Shown here: positions 20,301-34,256 of the stretch, piece after piece
Position numbering within the stretch: the first letter of the stretch is position 1
Layout of the letters: every line of letters begins with the position of its first letter
Assembly (NCBI GenBank): GCA_900316285.1
Contig: ONCG01000001.1
Location: 213,422 to 277,421, forward strand
Source: an uncultured Prevotellaceae bacterium
GTDB taxonomy: Bacteria; Bacteroidota; Bacteroidia; Bacteroidales; Bacteroidaceae
Length of the DNA: 64,000 bases
Direction of reading: 5' to 3'
Notes under the pieces: generated by a model
The model's input: the letters and a program-made list of their open reading frames with translations, nothing else
Databases searched by the model: none
Told to the model about the DNA's origin: nothing
Translations under genes and position numbers: made by a program

Positions 20301-21644
20301 AGGAGCACGGTTCAGCAGTACGGGATGTCCCTTCATGACGTTCTCGAGGATGTCCCAGATGACCGACTCGCGGCGGTCGACAATCTTCTTTGCCGACTTC
20401 ACCGTCTTCACGATGCCGCGCTCAATGAGCTTACGGATGATGAACGGCTTGTAGAGCTCGGCTGCCATGAGTTTCGGCAGACCGCACTCGCCCATCTTCA
20501 GCTCAGGACCGACAACGATGACCGAACGGGCAGAATAGTCGACACGCTTACCCAGGAGGTTCTGGCGGAAGCGTCCCTGCTTACCCTTCAGTGAGTCGGA
20601 GAGCGACTTCAGCGGGCGATTGCTCTCGCTCTTAACAGCACTCGACTTGCGGGAGTTGTCGAACAGTGAGTCGACAGCCTCCTGCAGCATGCGCTTCTCA
20701 TTGCGAAGGATGACCTCGGGAGCCTTGATCTCCATGAGGCGCTTCAGACGGTTGTTACGAATGATGACGCGACGATAGAGGTCGTTGAGGTCGCTGGTGG
20801 CGAAACGGCCGCCATCCAGGGGAACCAGCGGGCGCAGCTCAGGCGGTGTGACGGGAATGATCTTCATCACCATCCATTCGGGACGGTTGATATCGCGGCT
20901 GGCGCGGAATGCCTCTACCACCTGCAGACGCTTCAGAGCCTCAGTCTTACGCTGCTGCGAAGAGTCGTTGCTGGCGCGGTCACGCAGCTCATAGGAGATG
21001 GCATCGAGGTCGAGGGTTGCCAGCAGCTCATAGACAGCCTCGGCACCCATCTTTGCAACGAACTTATTGGGATCGGTGTCCTCAAGCAGATCGTTGTTGG
21101 GATCGAGCATCGGCAGCAGGTCGGCAAGCTCTTCCTCGGTGAGGAGGTCGTACTTGTGCGAGCCGTTGATCTCGTTGCCCTCGGCATCCTTGCGGCCCTC
21201 GAGCACACCCGGCTTGATGACGACATATTTCTCATAGTAGATGACTGCATCGAGCTTCTTCGTAGGCATGCCGAGCAGATAGCCGATCTTGTTGGGCAGG
21301 CTGCGGAAATACCAGATGTGAGCCACAGGAACGACGAGCTCGATATGGCCACTGCGGTCGCGGCGCACCTTCTTCTCGGTTACCTCTACACCACAACGGT
21401 CGCAGACAATGCCTTTGTAACGGATGCGCTTGTACTTGCCGCAGGCGCACTCATAGTCGCGAGTCGGACCGAAAATGCGCTCGCAGAACAGACCGTCGCG
21501 CTCGGGCTTGTACGTACGATAGTTGATGGTCTCAGGCTTGGTGACCTCACCATACGAATTTTCGAGAATCTCCTCAGGCGAAGCGAGTCCGATGGTAATC
21601 TTCGAGAAGTTATTCTTTACCTTTGTATCTTTTTTGAAAGCCAT
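17319..21644 (-). CDS. rpoC: DNA-directed RNA polymerase subunit beta'
   Basis: 1441 aa. It carries the zinc-binding CxCGKY..C..CGVEV motif and the [12 protein letters not shown] catalytic motif. Confidence 0.99.
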   Translation of the reverse strand: MAFKKDTKVKNNFSKITIGLASPEEILENSYGEVTKPETINYRTYKPERDGLFCERIFGPTRDYECACGKYKRIRYKGIVCDRCGVEVTEKKVRRDRSGHIELVVPVAHIWYFRSLPNKIGYLLGMPTKKLDAVIYYEKYVVIKPGVLEGRKDAEGNEINGSHKYDLLTEEELADLLPMLDPNNDLLEDTDPNKFVAKMGAEAVYELLATLDLDAISYELRDRASNDSSQQRKTEALKRLQVVEAFRASRDINRPEWMVMKIIPVTPPELRPLVPLDGGRFATSDLNDLYRRVIIRNNRLKRLMEIKAPEVILRNEKRMLQEAVDSLFDNSRKSSAVKSESNRPLKSLSDSLKGKQGRFRQNLLGKRVDYSARSVIVVGPELKMGECGLPKLMAAELYKPFIIRKLIERGIVKTVKSAKKIVDRRESVIWDILENVMKGHPVLLNRAPTLHRLGIQAFQPKLIEGKAIQLHPLACTAFNADFDGDQMAVHLPLSNEAILEAQILMLQSHNILNPANGAPITVPSQDMVLGLYYITKKRPGAKGEGLTFYGPEEAIIANNEGKCDLHAPVKVMVDDIVDGKRVRHMVDTTVGRVIVNGIVPDEVGFFNDIISKKTLRGMIADVIKNVGMARACDFLDGIKNLGYRMAYEAGLSFNLDDIIVPPEKEGIVAKGQKEVDEIQANYDMGFITDNERYNQVIDAWTHVNNELGDILLKEMTEADQGFNAVYMMLDSGARGSKDQIKQLSGMRGLMAKPQKAGAEGQQIIENPILSNFKEGMSVLEYFISSHGARKGLADTAMKTADAGYLTRRLVDVSHDVIINEEDCGTLRGLICTALKSGDEVISSLGERILGRVSVHDIIHPSTGELICAAGEEITEDKVAAIEASPIESVEIRSVLTCESRRGVCMKCYGRNLATQRMVQMGEAVGVIAAQAIGEPGTQLTLRTFHAGGVAGNAAANASIVAKNDARIEFDELRTVPYTEKQGEQEVTCEMVVSRLAEIRFVDPNTKIVLSTLNVPYGSSLYKRHGDIVHKGELVARWDPFNAVIVTEYAGKLRFRDVIEGSTFKAETDETTGLTEKIITDSRDHNRVPSCDILNADGEVIGSYIFPVGGHVVVDDGAAIETGQTIVKIPRAVGGAGDITGGLPRVTELFEARNPSNPAVVSEIDGEVSMGKVKRGNREIIVTSKTGDQKKYLVSLSKQILVQEHDAVRAGTPLSDGVITPSDILAIKGPTAVQEYIVNEVQDVYRLQGVKINDKHFEIIVRQMMRKVQINEPGDTTFLEDALVDKLDFSEENDRIWGKKVVTDAGDSETMKPGQIVTARRLRDENSSLKRRDLRPVQVRDAVPATSTQILQGITRAALQTKSFMSAASFQETTKVLNEAAIRGKQDYLEGMKENVICGHLIPAGTGLRQWDRIVVGSREEYDRMQANRKNVLDFGDSEVAD

Positions 21645-21687
21645 ATTTCAATTGACGATTTACAAATTTTGGGATATACGATTTCGC

Positions 21688-25503
<3,816 letters not shown>

Positions 25504-25582
25504 ATGATAATGAATAATACTAAAATGGTCTTATGGGGGCAATAGGCCTGACGCCTATCATGCAAAATGCGTCGAAAGACAC

Positions 25583-25620
25583 AAAAAGGTTAGGACCCAC
25601 CGACTGGGAAGATCCTAACC
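25583..25620 (-). terminator. Hairpin plus T-run between rplL and rpoB (attenuator-type terminator)
   Basis: Stem GGTTAGGA (25588-25595) / TCCTAACC (25613-25620), followed on the minus strand by TTTTT. It occupies the classic rplL-rpoB attenuator position. Confidence 0.6.
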
Positions 25621-25653
25621 ATATTTTCAAAAAGAATGTGTAATGCTCAGTGA

Positions 25654-26031
25654 TTACTTGAGCTCAACCTTAGCACCAGCCTCTTCGATGGCCTTCTTCA
25701 GGTTCTCAGCCTCGTCCTTCGACAGACCTTCCTTGATGGTTGCGGGAGCGCCGTCTACGAGATCCTTAGCCTCTTTCAGACCAAGACCGCAAGCCTCTTT
25801 CACAGCCTTCACAACCTGCAGCTTAGCAGCACCAACCTCGGCGAGGACAACGTCGAACGATGTCTTCTCTTCCTCAGCAGCAGCTGCACCAGCAGCGGGA
25901 CCAGCAGCTACAGCAACAGCTGCAGCAGCGGGCTCAATACCATACTCGTCCTTCAGGACTGTTGCCAACTCGTTAACTTCTTTCACAGTAAGGTTTACCA
26001 ACTCTTCTGCAATAGCTTTAATATCTGCCAT
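25654..26031 (-). CDS. rplL: 50S ribosomal protein L7/L12
   Basis: 125 aa with an Ala-rich hinge and the C-terminus [27 protein letters not shown]. Confidence 0.98.
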   Translation of the reverse strand: MADIKAIAEELVNLTVKEVNELATVLKDEYGIEPAAAAVAVAAGPAAGAAAAEEEKTSFDVVLAEVGAAKLQVVKAVKEACGLGLKEAKDLVDGAPATIKEGLSKDEAENLKKAIEEAGAKVELK

Positions 26032-26082
26032 TTTTATTTAAGATTTTAATTTGTTTTACAATGTTAGTGTTATCAGTTTCGC

Positions 26083-26604
26083 TTATTGGTTACGCTCAGC
26101 GATAGCGTCAAGCAGACCGTGAATCTTGCCACCGGCGTTGAGACCAGAAACAACATTCTTGATCGGGGACTGCAGCAGGGCAACAACGTCGGCAATGAGC
26201 TCGTTCTTGCTCTTGATTGCACAGAGTTCAGCCAGCTTGTCGGCACCGACGAAGATGCTCTCTTCGGCATAGGCAGCCTTCAGCGCGGGAACTTCCTTCT
26301 TATTGTCCTTATACTCCTTCAGCAACTTGGCGGGAACATTGGCGGTGTTGCAGAACAACATAGCCGTGCTACCCTTCAGGGCTGCATACAGGGGTTCGTA
26401 GTCAATGTCACTTGCCTCAAAAGCCTTGCGGAGAAGCGTGTTCTTCACGACCACCATCTTCACGTCGTTCTTGAAGCACTTGCGACGCAGATTGCTTGTA
26501 TCAGCAGCGTTCAGACCTTCGACGTCTACGAGGTAGAAGTGCGAAAACTCCTTCAGCTTCTGGCCAAGTTCTACAACGACAGTATCTTTTACTTCTTTTC
26601 TCAT
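26083..26604 (-). CDS. rplJ: 50S ribosomal protein L10
   Basis: 173 aa, located between rplA and rplL. L10 pattern. Confidence 0.95.
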   Translation of the reverse strand: MRKEVKDTVVVELGQKLKEFSHFYLVDVEGLNAADTSNLRRKCFKNDVKMVVVKNTLLRKAFEASDIDYEPLYAALKGSTAMLFCNTANVPAKLLKEYKDNKKEVPALKAAYAEESIFVGADKLAELCAIKSKNELIADVVALLQSPIKNVVSGLNAGGKIHGLLDAIAERNQ

Positions 26605-26622
26605 TTTACAAAACTTTTAGAG

Positions 26623-27315
26623 TTACTCAACTGATTTCGGATCAACCTTGATACCCTTACTCATCGTGCTCGAAATAAAGATACTCTTGATGTATGTACC
26701 TTTAGCAGCGGCGGGCTTCAGCTTGATAACGGTAGCAATGAATTCCTTTGCGTTACCGTAAAGCTGATCAGGAGTCATATTGATCTTACCGATCGAGGTG
26801 TGGATGATACCAGCCTTGTCGACCTTAAAGTCAATCTTACCCTGCTTTACTTCCTTCACTGCCTTAGCAACGTCCATAGTGACAGTACCGCTCTTGGGGT
26901 TCGGCATCAGGCCACGGGGACCGAGCACACGGCCCAGGGGACCGATCTTACCCATGCAAGAGGGCATAGTGATGATAACATCAACATCTGTCCATCCACC
27001 TTTGATCTTTTCTACATATTCGTCAAGACCAACATAATCAGCGCCAGCTTCCTTTGCAGCAGCCTCCTGATCGGGAGTACACAGTGCGAGCACACGCGTA
27101 ATCTTACCAGTTCCGTTAGGCAGCGACACAACGCCGCGAACCATCTGGTTGGCCTTACGCGGGTCAACACCCAGTCGTACGTCGATATCAACAGAAGCTT
27201 CGAACTTGGTCGTGGTGATTTCCTTCACCAGATCCATAGCCTCTCTCAGCGTGTAAGCCTTCCCTGCTTCAATCTTCTCAGCGACTGATTTCTGATTTTT
27301 TGTCAGTTTACTCAT
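26623..27315 (-). CDS. rplA: 50S ribosomal protein L1
   Basis: 230 aa, [16 protein letters not shown]...[10 protein letters not shown]. Confidence 0.97.
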   Translation of the reverse strand: MSKLTKNQKSVAEKIEAGKAYTLREAMDLVKEITTTKFEASVDIDVRLGVDPRKANQMVRGVVSLPNGTGKITRVLALCTPDQEAAAKEAGADYVGLDEYVEKIKGGWTDVDVIITMPSCMGKIGPLGRVLGPRGLMPNPKSGTVTMDVAKAVKEVKQGKIDFKVDKAGIIHTSIGKINMTPDQLYGNAKEFIATVIKLKPAAAKGTYIKSIFISSTMSKGIKVDPKSVE

Positions 27316-27342
27316 GTTCTTAATTGAAGTTTATAGTTAATG

Positions 27343-27780
27343 TTAACCAGGGAAGTCCCCTTTGACTGTGATGCCCATACTGCGAGCAGTACCGGCAACA
27401 AGCTTCATGGCTGATTCAACTGTGAAGCAGTTCAAGTCTTTCATCTTGTCCTCGGCGATAGCGCGAACCTGATCCCATGTGACAGAAGCGACCTTCTGAC
27501 GATTGGGCTGTGAGGAACCGCTCTGCACCTTGGCTGCCTCTTTCAACTGTACTGCTGCAGGAGGAGTCTTGAGTTCGAAGCTGAACGACTTGTCGGTATA
27601 GTAAGTGATCACTACAGGAATTATCTTACCAGCCTTATCCTGTGTTCTGGCGTTGAACTCTTTGCAGAATCCCATGATGTTAATACCCTTGGAACCCAGA
27701 GCAGGGCCCACGGGAGGAGAGGGATTAGCAGCGCCACCTTTAATCTGTAACTTGATTAATCCAGCAACTTCTTTAGCCAT
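27343..27780 (-). CDS. rplK: 50S ribosomal protein L11
   Basis: 145 aa, [29 protein letters not shown]. Confidence 0.98.
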   Translation of the reverse strand: MAKEVAGLIKLQIKGGAANPSPPVGPALGSKGINIMGFCKEFNARTQDKAGKIIPVVITYYTDKSFSFELKTPPAAVQLKEAAKVQSGSSQPNRQKVASVTWDQVRAIAEDKMKDLNCFTVESAMKLVAGTARSMGITVKGDFPG

Positions 27781-27842
27781 TTCTTTGTTAATAATTAAAA
27801 TTTGAATGATATGAAAGAAGCATCAGAGCCCGTAACAACTCA

Positions 27843-28388
27843 TCAACCTTCTTTCTCGACTTGCATAAAACTGAGCTCCAGCGGAGTTTTCCGACCGAAG
27901 ATCTTAACCATCACCTTCAGCTTGTGCTTCTCGGCGTTCACCTCTTCGATGACACCGCTGAAGCCGCTGAACGGACCATCCGTAACCTTGACTGTCTCGT
28001 CGACCATGTAGGGGATGACAACTTCATCCACGAGTTCGGTCTCTTCGGCATTGCCAAGCATACGGTTGATGTCCGCCTGTGGCACGGGCGAGGGATTGTC
28101 CAGTCCGCCAAGGAATCCCAGGCAGTTCGGCGTGAAGCGCAGCGTGTGCGCCACGTCGCCTACCAAGTTGGCTTCAACAAAGACATAGCCAGGAAGACTG
28201 ATCTTCTCCTTGACTACTCTTTTGCCATTACGCAAGGAAGCATGTTTCTCCATCGGTATCAATACCTGGGAAACATGAGCCTGCAGCAGCGGGTTGTGTT
28301 TCATCTCGGCCTCGATGTATTCTTTCACCTTGGCCTCCTTGCCACTAACAGCCCGGAGCACATACCATTTCATTCCTGTTTCTGCCAT
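27843..28388 (-). CDS. nusG: Transcription termination/antitermination factor NusG
   Basis: 181 aa with an NGN domain ([12 protein letters not shown]) and a C-terminal KOW domain (V.V.DGPF.GF.G.IEEV). Confidence 0.96.
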   Translation of the reverse strand: MAETGMKWYVLRAVSGKEAKVKEYIEAEMKHNPLLQAHVSQVLIPMEKHASLRNGKRVVKEKISLPGYVFVEANLVGDVAHTLRFTPNCLGFLGGLDNPSPVPQADINRMLGNAEETELVDEVVIPYMVDETVKVTDGPFSGFSGVIEEVNAEKHKLKVMVKIFGRKTPLELSFMQVEKEG

Positions 28389-28401
28389 TTCCTTTTAACG
28401 A

Positions 28402-28593
28402 TTAACCTGGATAAACCATGCTCATGATCCATCTGAACGCAGAGTCCATACAGAACACAACCAGCGCAATGATAAGGGAAGCAGATAATACAACCACTGC
28501 ACTGTGCGTCAGCTCACGGCGTGTCGGCCAAGTCGTCTTATGCGCAAGTTCTTCGTAACAAGCCTTGCAATAATTAATGAATTTCTTAAACAT
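28402..28593 (-). CDS. secE: Preprotein translocase subunit SecE
   Basis: 63 aa starting at ATG 28593 (MFKKFINYCKACYEELAHKTTWPTRRELT... plus one TM segment). The longer ORF-track version runs into tRNA-Trp. Confidence 0.9.
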   Translation of the reverse strand: MFKKFINYCKACYEELAHKTTWPTRRELTHSAVVVLSASLIIALVVFCMDSAFRWIMSMVYPG

Positions 28594-28610
28594 ATTACCT
28601 TCTATTTTCG

Positions 28611-28683
28611 CACGGGAAGTAAGACTCGAACTCACGACCCTCGGTTTTGGAGACCGATGCTCTACCAACTGAGCTATTCCCGT
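28611..28683 (-). tRNA. tRNA-Trp (anticodon CCA)
   Basis: Hand-folded cloverleaf: ACGGGAA-TA-GCTC..GAGC-A-TCGGT-CTCCAAA-ACCGA-GGGTC-GTGAG-TTCGAGT-CTTAC-TTCCCGT-G. Confidence 0.9.
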
Positions 28684-28785
28684 AAGTAAAGCCCCCACCC
28701 TCGAGCGGGGGCTTTATGAATTAACTGACTAGTCTAAACTGTAGGACCAGCCTGACAAGTCGGACTAGTCTGACTTGGCTGAGGA

Positions 28786-29979
<1,194 letters not shown>

Positions 29980-30060
29980 AGCTTTTGTTTGTCTATTTGA
30001 ATTATTACTGAATAATCTGTTTTTCTTCGGGATTGTCTGTCTTAACCCAGGCCGAAGTAG

Positions 30061-30132
<72 letters not shown>

Positions 30133-30140
30133 AAGACGTG

Positions 30141-30213
30141 AGCGGAAAACGGGGCTCAAACCCGCGACCCCCAGCTTGGAAGGCTAGTGCTCTATCAACT
30201 GAGCTATTTCCGC
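30141..30213 (-). tRNA. tRNA-Gly (anticodon TCC)
   Basis: Acceptor GCGGAAA/TTTCCGC, anticodon loop CTTCCAA, T-loop TTTGAGC. Confidence 0.88.
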
Positions 30214-30299
30214 GTTTCCGCAAAAGGGGCTTGTCCGGATAGCCTTATTGAAGAATTTCAAGTACTGGCCTCACCGAATTCGCCGCTACTTTTTAGGAG

Positions 30300-30382
30300 T
30301 GGGTGGTGATGGATTCGAACCACCGAAGTCGAAAGACAACAGATTTACAGTCTGCCCCATTTGGCCACTCTGGAAACCACCC
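30300..30382 (-). tRNA. tRNA-Tyr (anticodon GTA)
   Basis: Acceptor GGGTGGT/ACCACCC, anticodon loop CTGTAAA, and a long variable arm. 83 nt. Confidence 0.88.
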
Positions 30383-30432
30383 AATGTTTAGTGTTCACTT
30401 TCTGTCCCTTTGGTCTCGCCTCGCTAAGGGAG

Positions 30433-30506
30433 AGCCTCTTGTCGGATTCGAACCAACGACCCCGAGATTACAAATCACGTGCTCTGGCCAACTGAGCTAA
30501 AGAGGC
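30433..30506 (-). tRNA. tRNA-Thr (anticodon TGT)
   Basis: Acceptor GCCTCTT/AAGAGGC, anticodon loop TTTGTAA, T-loop TTCGAAT. Confidence 0.88.
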
Positions 30507-30560
30507 AAATCCTTGCAGCCGTCAGGCGTCGCAATTTTAGGACGTGTCGTAAAACGGCTG

Positions 30561-30568
30561 CAAAGATA
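30561..30568 (-). promoter_or_regulatory. Candidate -7 box (TATCTTTG) for the tRNA-tuf transcription unit
   Basis: Plus-strand CAAAGATA, 55 nt upstream of the first tRNA-Thr. Confidence 0.5.
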
Positions 30569-30608
30569 ATACTTATTTTTGAATCACCAAAATTTTTTCG
30601 ACTTTTTT

Positions 30609-30908
30609 TTATTGATTTCTCAATTTTTCCTTGAATTTCGTCAGTTGGACCTTCATTGCGTCCACACATTGGTCGATTCCTTCCTCAAAAGTGTCACATG
30701 TCTTCTCAACGAAGAGTGTCGTCCCGGGAACGTTCACGGAGAGGCTTGTCTCCTTGTTCATCGCCGTGGCGGGCTTCACCACCTTCAGCTGTACTTCTGC
30801 CGACTTGATGTCCTCAAACGTCTTTTCCAGTTTGCCGACCTTCTTGTCTACGAATGCCTGCAGTTTGTCTGTGGCATCGAACTTGATAGCTTGAATTTTG
30901 ATTTCCAT
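30609..30908 (-). CDS. hpf: Ribosome hibernation promoting factor (HPF/RaiA family)
   Basis: 99 aa, MEIKIQAIKFDATDKLQAFVDKKVGKLEKTF... is the sigma-54 modulation / S30EA family pattern. Confidence 0.9.
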   Translation of the reverse strand: MEIKIQAIKFDATDKLQAFVDKKVGKLEKTFEDIKSAEVQLKVVKPATAMNKETSLSVNVPGTTLFVEKTCDTFEEGIDQCVDAMKVQLTKFKEKLRNQ

Positions 30909-31014
30909 AATTACCTCCTATTTTAATAAGGTTAGTATTAAGTATATTCGTTTGATCGCTTCATCGCCCTATCGTTTTCACGATATTTCGCTTTCACGAT
31001 GTTTCTTTCTCATT

Positions 31015-31899
31015 TCACACTTCCCTGGGGTGAGCTTTGGCGTAGGCGCGCCGCAACTGTTCGAAGGTGGTGTGTGTATAGATCTCGGTCGTCGAGAGTT
31101 TCGAGTGGCCGAGCAGTTTCTTCACACTCTCTATGCCAGCCTCGTTGTTAAGCATTGCGGTGGCGAAGGTATGGCGCAGCACGTGAGGCGAGCGCTTCTT
31201 CATCGTGGTCACCCGCGAGAGGTGATGCTGGACAATCTGGCGAACCTTCTGGCTGGTCATCCGCTGACCATCGTCGCCGACGAAGAACGCCTGGCCGTCG
31301 CTCGGAGTCTCGGCATCGCGACGCTCAGCGTAGAGGCGCAAGGCCTTCTGCAGTTCGCTGCCGAAAGGAATGAGGCGTTCCTTGTTGCCCTTTCCCCTCA
31401 CCTTGAGTTGCTGAGCCGCGAAGTCGACCGACGCATTGTCGAGGCCCGTGAGTTCAGAGAGACGGATGCCCGTGGAGTAGAACATTAATATTATGGTACG
31501 CGCGCGAAGGTCGCCCATCTCGTCAGTCCACATGTCATCAGCCAGCAGACGGTCCATCTCACTCTCACGCAGATACTGCGGCAACAGCTTCTTCCCCTTT
31601 GGCCCCTTGAGTCCATGGGCGGGATCGCGCTCCACGATACCTCTGGATAAGGCAAAACGATAAAGGGAACGCACCGCGCTCAATCTTCTGTTGATCGAGG
31701 TGGCAGTGTTTCCTTTATCCATCATACTCTCCATCCAGCCGCGGATGACGTCCGAGTCTACCGACTCCCACGAGAGCTGATCATCCAAATTCTTGAAGAA
31801 AGCCTCAAACGACCTCAAGTCGTCACCATAGGCTTTCACCGTACGTTCAGAGCGGTTGCGCTCATATTGCAGGTAGCTCAAAAACTGGTCAATCGTCAT
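31015..31899 (-). CDS. Tyrosine recombinase, XerC/XerD family
   Basis: The N-terminal SAM-like domain (FLSYLQYERNRSERTVKAYGDDL) and catalytic residues (..LRHTFATAMLNN..LGHSKLSTTEIYTH) are present. I preferred the ATG at 31899; the ORF-track start at 31908 is a GTG. Confidence 0.9.
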   Translation of the reverse strand: MTIDQFLSYLQYERNRSERTVKAYGDDLRSFEAFFKNLDDQLSWESVDSDVIRGWMESMMDKGNTATSINRRLSAVRSLYRFALSRGIVERDPAHGLKGPKGKKLLPQYLRESEMDRLLADDMWTDEMGDLRARTIILMFYSTGIRLSELTGLDNASVDFAAQQLKVRGKGNKERLIPFGSELQKALRLYAERRDAETPSDGQAFFVGDDGQRMTSQKVRQIVQHHLSRVTTMKKRSPHVLRHTFATAMLNNEAGIESVKKLLGHSKLSTTEIYTHTTFEQLRRAYAKAHPREV

Positions 31900-31978
31900 A
31901 GTTGCCACGGGGTTTTCCGTTATTTGGCAACTAAGTTACGAACTTTTTTCCGAACCACCAAATTTTCGGGGAAATATT

Positions 31979-32173
31979 TTAGATTTCCTCGTTCTGACGC
32001 AACTTCTGCACGTAGATGGCGTGCTCCATCTTCAGGCGCTTCAGCACAGAGGGCTTGTTGTACTGCTGACGGCGGCGGAGTTCCTTCACCACGCCGGTCT
32101 TCTCGTACTTTCTCTTGAACTTCTTCAGTGCTCTTTCGATGTTTTCGCCTTCTTTTACAGGTACAATAATCAT
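31979..32173 (-). CDS. rpsU: 30S ribosomal protein S21
   Basis: 64 aa, MIIVPVKEGENIERALKKFKRKYEKTGVVKELRRRQ. Confidence 0.96.
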   Translation of the reverse strand: MIIVPVKEGENIERALKKFKRKYEKTGVVKELRRRQQYNKPSVLKRLKMEHAIYVQKLRQNEEI

Positions 32174-32285
32174 GTTTACTACTTTTGATTTTAAGTTGTT
32201 ATACTATTTGTTTTAATTCGTTCAACACTACCACTCTCGGGCCTTCAGAGAGCCGTTTCCGGCTAGTAGACACGAAAAGCGGATG

Positions 32286-32293
32286 CAAAGGTA
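32286..32293 (-). promoter_or_regulatory. Candidate -7 box (TACCTTTG) for rpsU
   Basis: Plus-strand CAAAGGTA, 113 nt upstream of the rpsU ATG. Confidence 0.4.
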
Positions 32294-32434
32294 CAGCAAT
32301 TTTTCGAATCTGCCAAATTTTTCTGCGAATTTTCATTCCAGAGGGCGAAAAAAATATATTATTTGACAAAGAATGATTCGTGCTCATTTGTGTAATTTGT
32401 GTTCGATGTTATCCCATAAAAAGGTTTATGCGCG

Positions 32435-32695
32435 TTTTGACCTCACATACTCCAGAAATCTTCTGAAATGCCTTTGTACAAAGGAATTGAGGCACGGGAG
32501 GTCACAACGAGGAACCTCCCGTCAACCTCCCGTTTTTCATTACCTACAAGACTAGGAGAATAAGGGATTTTGCGCTCTGATTAGGAACGCCCCCAAGACA
32601 GGAGGTTGGCGGGAGGTGTGACGGGATGTTACAAAAATTGCAAGTGCTTGATACAGAAGTGGTTAAGAGCAAAATGGGTGTATGTGAGGTCAAAA
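32435..32695. other. 261-bp module bounded by a 16-bp perfect inverted repeat, with a nested second inverted repeat
   Basis: The outer repeat is TTTTGACCTCACATAC (32435-32450) against GTATGTGAGGTCAAAA (32680-32695). The inner pair is CCTCCCGTCAACCTCCCG (32515-32532) against CAGGAGGTTGGCGGGAGG (32599-32616). The inner arms sit 64 and 63 nt inside the outer ends. No ORF is present. Confidence 0.75.
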
Positions 32696-32721
32696 TGAGA
32701 AGGATCTTTCTTTTCGAAGAC

Positions 32722-32918
32722 GGGAATTAATGCTTTCGGAGACTGGGAGCAATGCTTCCGAACACCCAAAGCAATGCTTTTAAAGGCCAAGAGCATAGCT
32801 TCGGACCTCTAAAAGCAATGCTCTAGACGGCTGAGAGCAATGCTCTGGATGATAGAGAGCAATGCTCTGGAAGCTAAGGAGCATAGCTCTGGTGGTAAGG
32901 AGCATAGCTCTTCATTGA
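32722..32918 (+). repeat. 22-bp phased palindrome array (9 units), locus 2
   Basis: Cores AGCAATGCT / AGCATAGCT begin at 32726, 32748, 32770, 32792, 32814, 32836, 32858, 32880 and 32901 (the last step is 21 bp). Confidence 0.9.
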
Positions 32919-33026
32919 TGCGGATGATATGAGAAAGAGATGAGAAAGGATGACGATTTGAACCCAATAAAAATGGATTTATGGCATAAAGTTTCTTATT
33001 TCTCACCGATATTGATTAGAATTGAG

Positions 33027-33034
33027 TAATTTTG
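33027..33034 (+). promoter_or_regulatory. Candidate -7 box (TAATTTTG) for glycerate kinase
   Basis: TAATTTTG lies 26 nt upstream of the ATG at 33060 and only 11 nt from the ATG at 33045. Confidence 0.5.
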
Positions 33035-33059
33035 CAAAATCAATATGAATGAAGTCAAT

Positions 33060-34214
33060 ATGGGCAAGATCATAGTAGCCATCGATTCGTTCAAAGGCTG
33101 CCTGGCATCTGCAGAGGCTAATCGGGCAGCGGTGGAGGGTATTCTCGCAAGAATGCCTGAGGCTGAGGTGTTGTCGATTCCCGTCAGCGACGGTGGCGAA
33201 GGTTGGCTGGAGGCGTTTAGGAGCCCCACTCCTACCCCCTCCCCAGTAGGGAGGGGAACTAGCCCTACCCCGCCCCTCACCAGTGGGGAGGGAAACCCTA
33301 CTCCAACCCTCCCCAGCAGGGAGGGTGTCCTAGTGGAGGTGGAAGTGAGAGATCCGCTCATGCGACACATTTCAGCACCGTATTTGGTGATGGGCGATAC
33401 GGCTGTGATTGAGATAGCCAAGGCCAGTGGACTGACGCTACTCAATGAAGAAGAGCGCAATCCGATGATTGCAACCAGCTACGGCACTGGGCAACTTGTG
33501 GCTGATGCGGTTCGCCGAGGATGCAGACATATTATCGTTGGGCTTGGCGGAAGTGCGACGAGCGATTGCGGGATAGGTATGCTCCGTGCCATCATCGACA
33601 GTTTTGCCAAGCACGGTTCATGGGATGATGTCCACGAGCTCGATGCCGTTCATTTCACGATTGCAACCGATGTCACCAATCCTTTGTGTGGAGAGAACGG
33701 AGCCGCTCATGTATTTGCCCCACAAAAGGGGGCCACACAGGAAATGGTCCAGTTGCTCGATGCCCGTGCTAAACGGTTTGCCGAAGTCTCTGCCAGACAC
33801 TTCGGCTACGATTGTCAGAATGAGCCTGGTGCAGGAGCCGCAGGCGGACTTGGCTATGCGTTCTTGCAATATATGAATGCTGAACGTCAGTCGGGCATCG
33901 ACCTCCTGTTCGACACGATTGGGTTCGACAGGCTGTTGGACGATGCTTCCCTCGTCATTACAGGCGAAGGAGCCTCCGACCGACAAACGCTGATGGGCAA
34001 GGTTCCTTATGGAATCCTGCAACGTGCCAAGGCGCATCAGGTGCCCGTTGCCCTGATAGCAGGCCGCATTGAAGACCGCCAAGAGCTACTTAACGCGGGT
34101 TTCTCTCAAGTGGTTTGCATCAACCCACCGAATCTGCCCGCCGAAGAAGCCATGAAGCCAGAAACGGCGAAGAGGAACATTTTCGATACGATGCAGCTTC
34201 TCACTTTTTCTTAG
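33060..34214 (+). CDS. glxK: Glycerate kinase carrying an in-frame repeat insertion
   Basis: MGKIIVAIDSFKGCL...PVSDGGEGW...GGSATSDCGIGM...PGAGAAGGLG...VITGEGASDRQT are GlxK/GarK family blocks. I preferred the start at 33060 because MKIV-type N-termini are typical and the -7 box is too close to 33045. Confidence 0.9.
   Translation: MGKIIVAIDSFKGCLASAEANRAAVEGILARMPEAEVLSIPVSDGGEGWLEAFRSPTPTPSPVGRGTSPTPPLTSGEGNPTPTLPSREGVLVEVEVRDPLMRHISAPYLVMGDTAVIEIAKASGLTLLNEEERNPMIATSYGTGQLVADAVRRGCRHIIVGLGGSATSDCGIGMLRAIIDSFAKHGSWDDVHELDAVHFTIATDVTNPLCGENGAAHVFAPQKGATQEMVQLLDARAKRFAEVSARHFGYDCQNEPGAGAAGGLGYAFLQYMNAERQSGIDLLFDTIGFDRLLDDASLVITGEGASDRQTLMGKVPYGILQRAKAHQVPVALIAGRIEDRQELLNAGFSQVVCINPPNLPAEEAMKPETAKRNIFDTMQLLTFS
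33223..33329 (+). repeat. Three tandem in-frame copies (33-nt period) of the GC-rich hairpin element inside glxK
   Basis: CCT-ACy codons recur at 33231, 33264 and 33297. Each unit contains CCCCTCCC-loop-GGGAGGGG or a one-mismatch variant. The units encode PTPSPVGRGTS / PTPPLTSGEGN / PTPTLPSREGV. Confidence 0.9.
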
Positions 34215-34256
34215 AAGCCAACATCAGAAGGCGGATGGCAAGAGATGTCAGGCCGC

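Noticed and set aside
28402-28698. The 98-aa version of the secE ORF.
   Set aside because: Its N-terminal 35 codons (…GIAQLVEHRSPKPRVVSSSL…) are a translation of tRNA-Trp. The true SecE starts at the ATG at 28593.
28688-28714. The hairpin AAAGCCCCC...GGGGGCTTT between tuf and tRNA-Trp as a terminator.
   Set aside because: No T-tract follows on the transcribed (minus) strand, and tRNA-Trp-secE-nusG are normally co-transcribed or processed from this region. It may be a processing or stability hairpin, but it is unsupported as a terminator.
31015-31899. The tyrosine recombinase as a marker of an integrated mobile element.
   Set aside because: It sits in the conserved rpsU / recombinase / hpf housekeeping context. 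There are no flanking direct repeats, cargo genes or compositional break. It is most simply a chromosomal XerC/D-type resolvase.
31936-31950. The shared 14-mer AGTTACGAACTTTT at 4045-4058 and 31937-31950 as a regulatory box.
   Set aside because: There are only two copies in the window. One overlaps a TAnnTTTG box and the other does not, which is insufficient evidence beyond chance or promoter-like composition.
33223-33329. Glycerate kinase as a pseudogene disrupted by repeat insertion.
   Set aside because: The insertion is an exact multiple of 3 (3 x 33 nt plus an in-frame junction). There is no stop codon or frameshift, and all conserved GlxK blocks downstream remain in frame.
32996-33460. 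A 154-aa minus-strand ORF rich in G/V/P (…GVGFPSPLVRGGVGLVPLPTGEGVGVGLL…).
   Set aside because: It is the antisense reading of the repeat insertion and 5' part of glxK. It exists only because the hairpin repeats are stop-free in both orientations.
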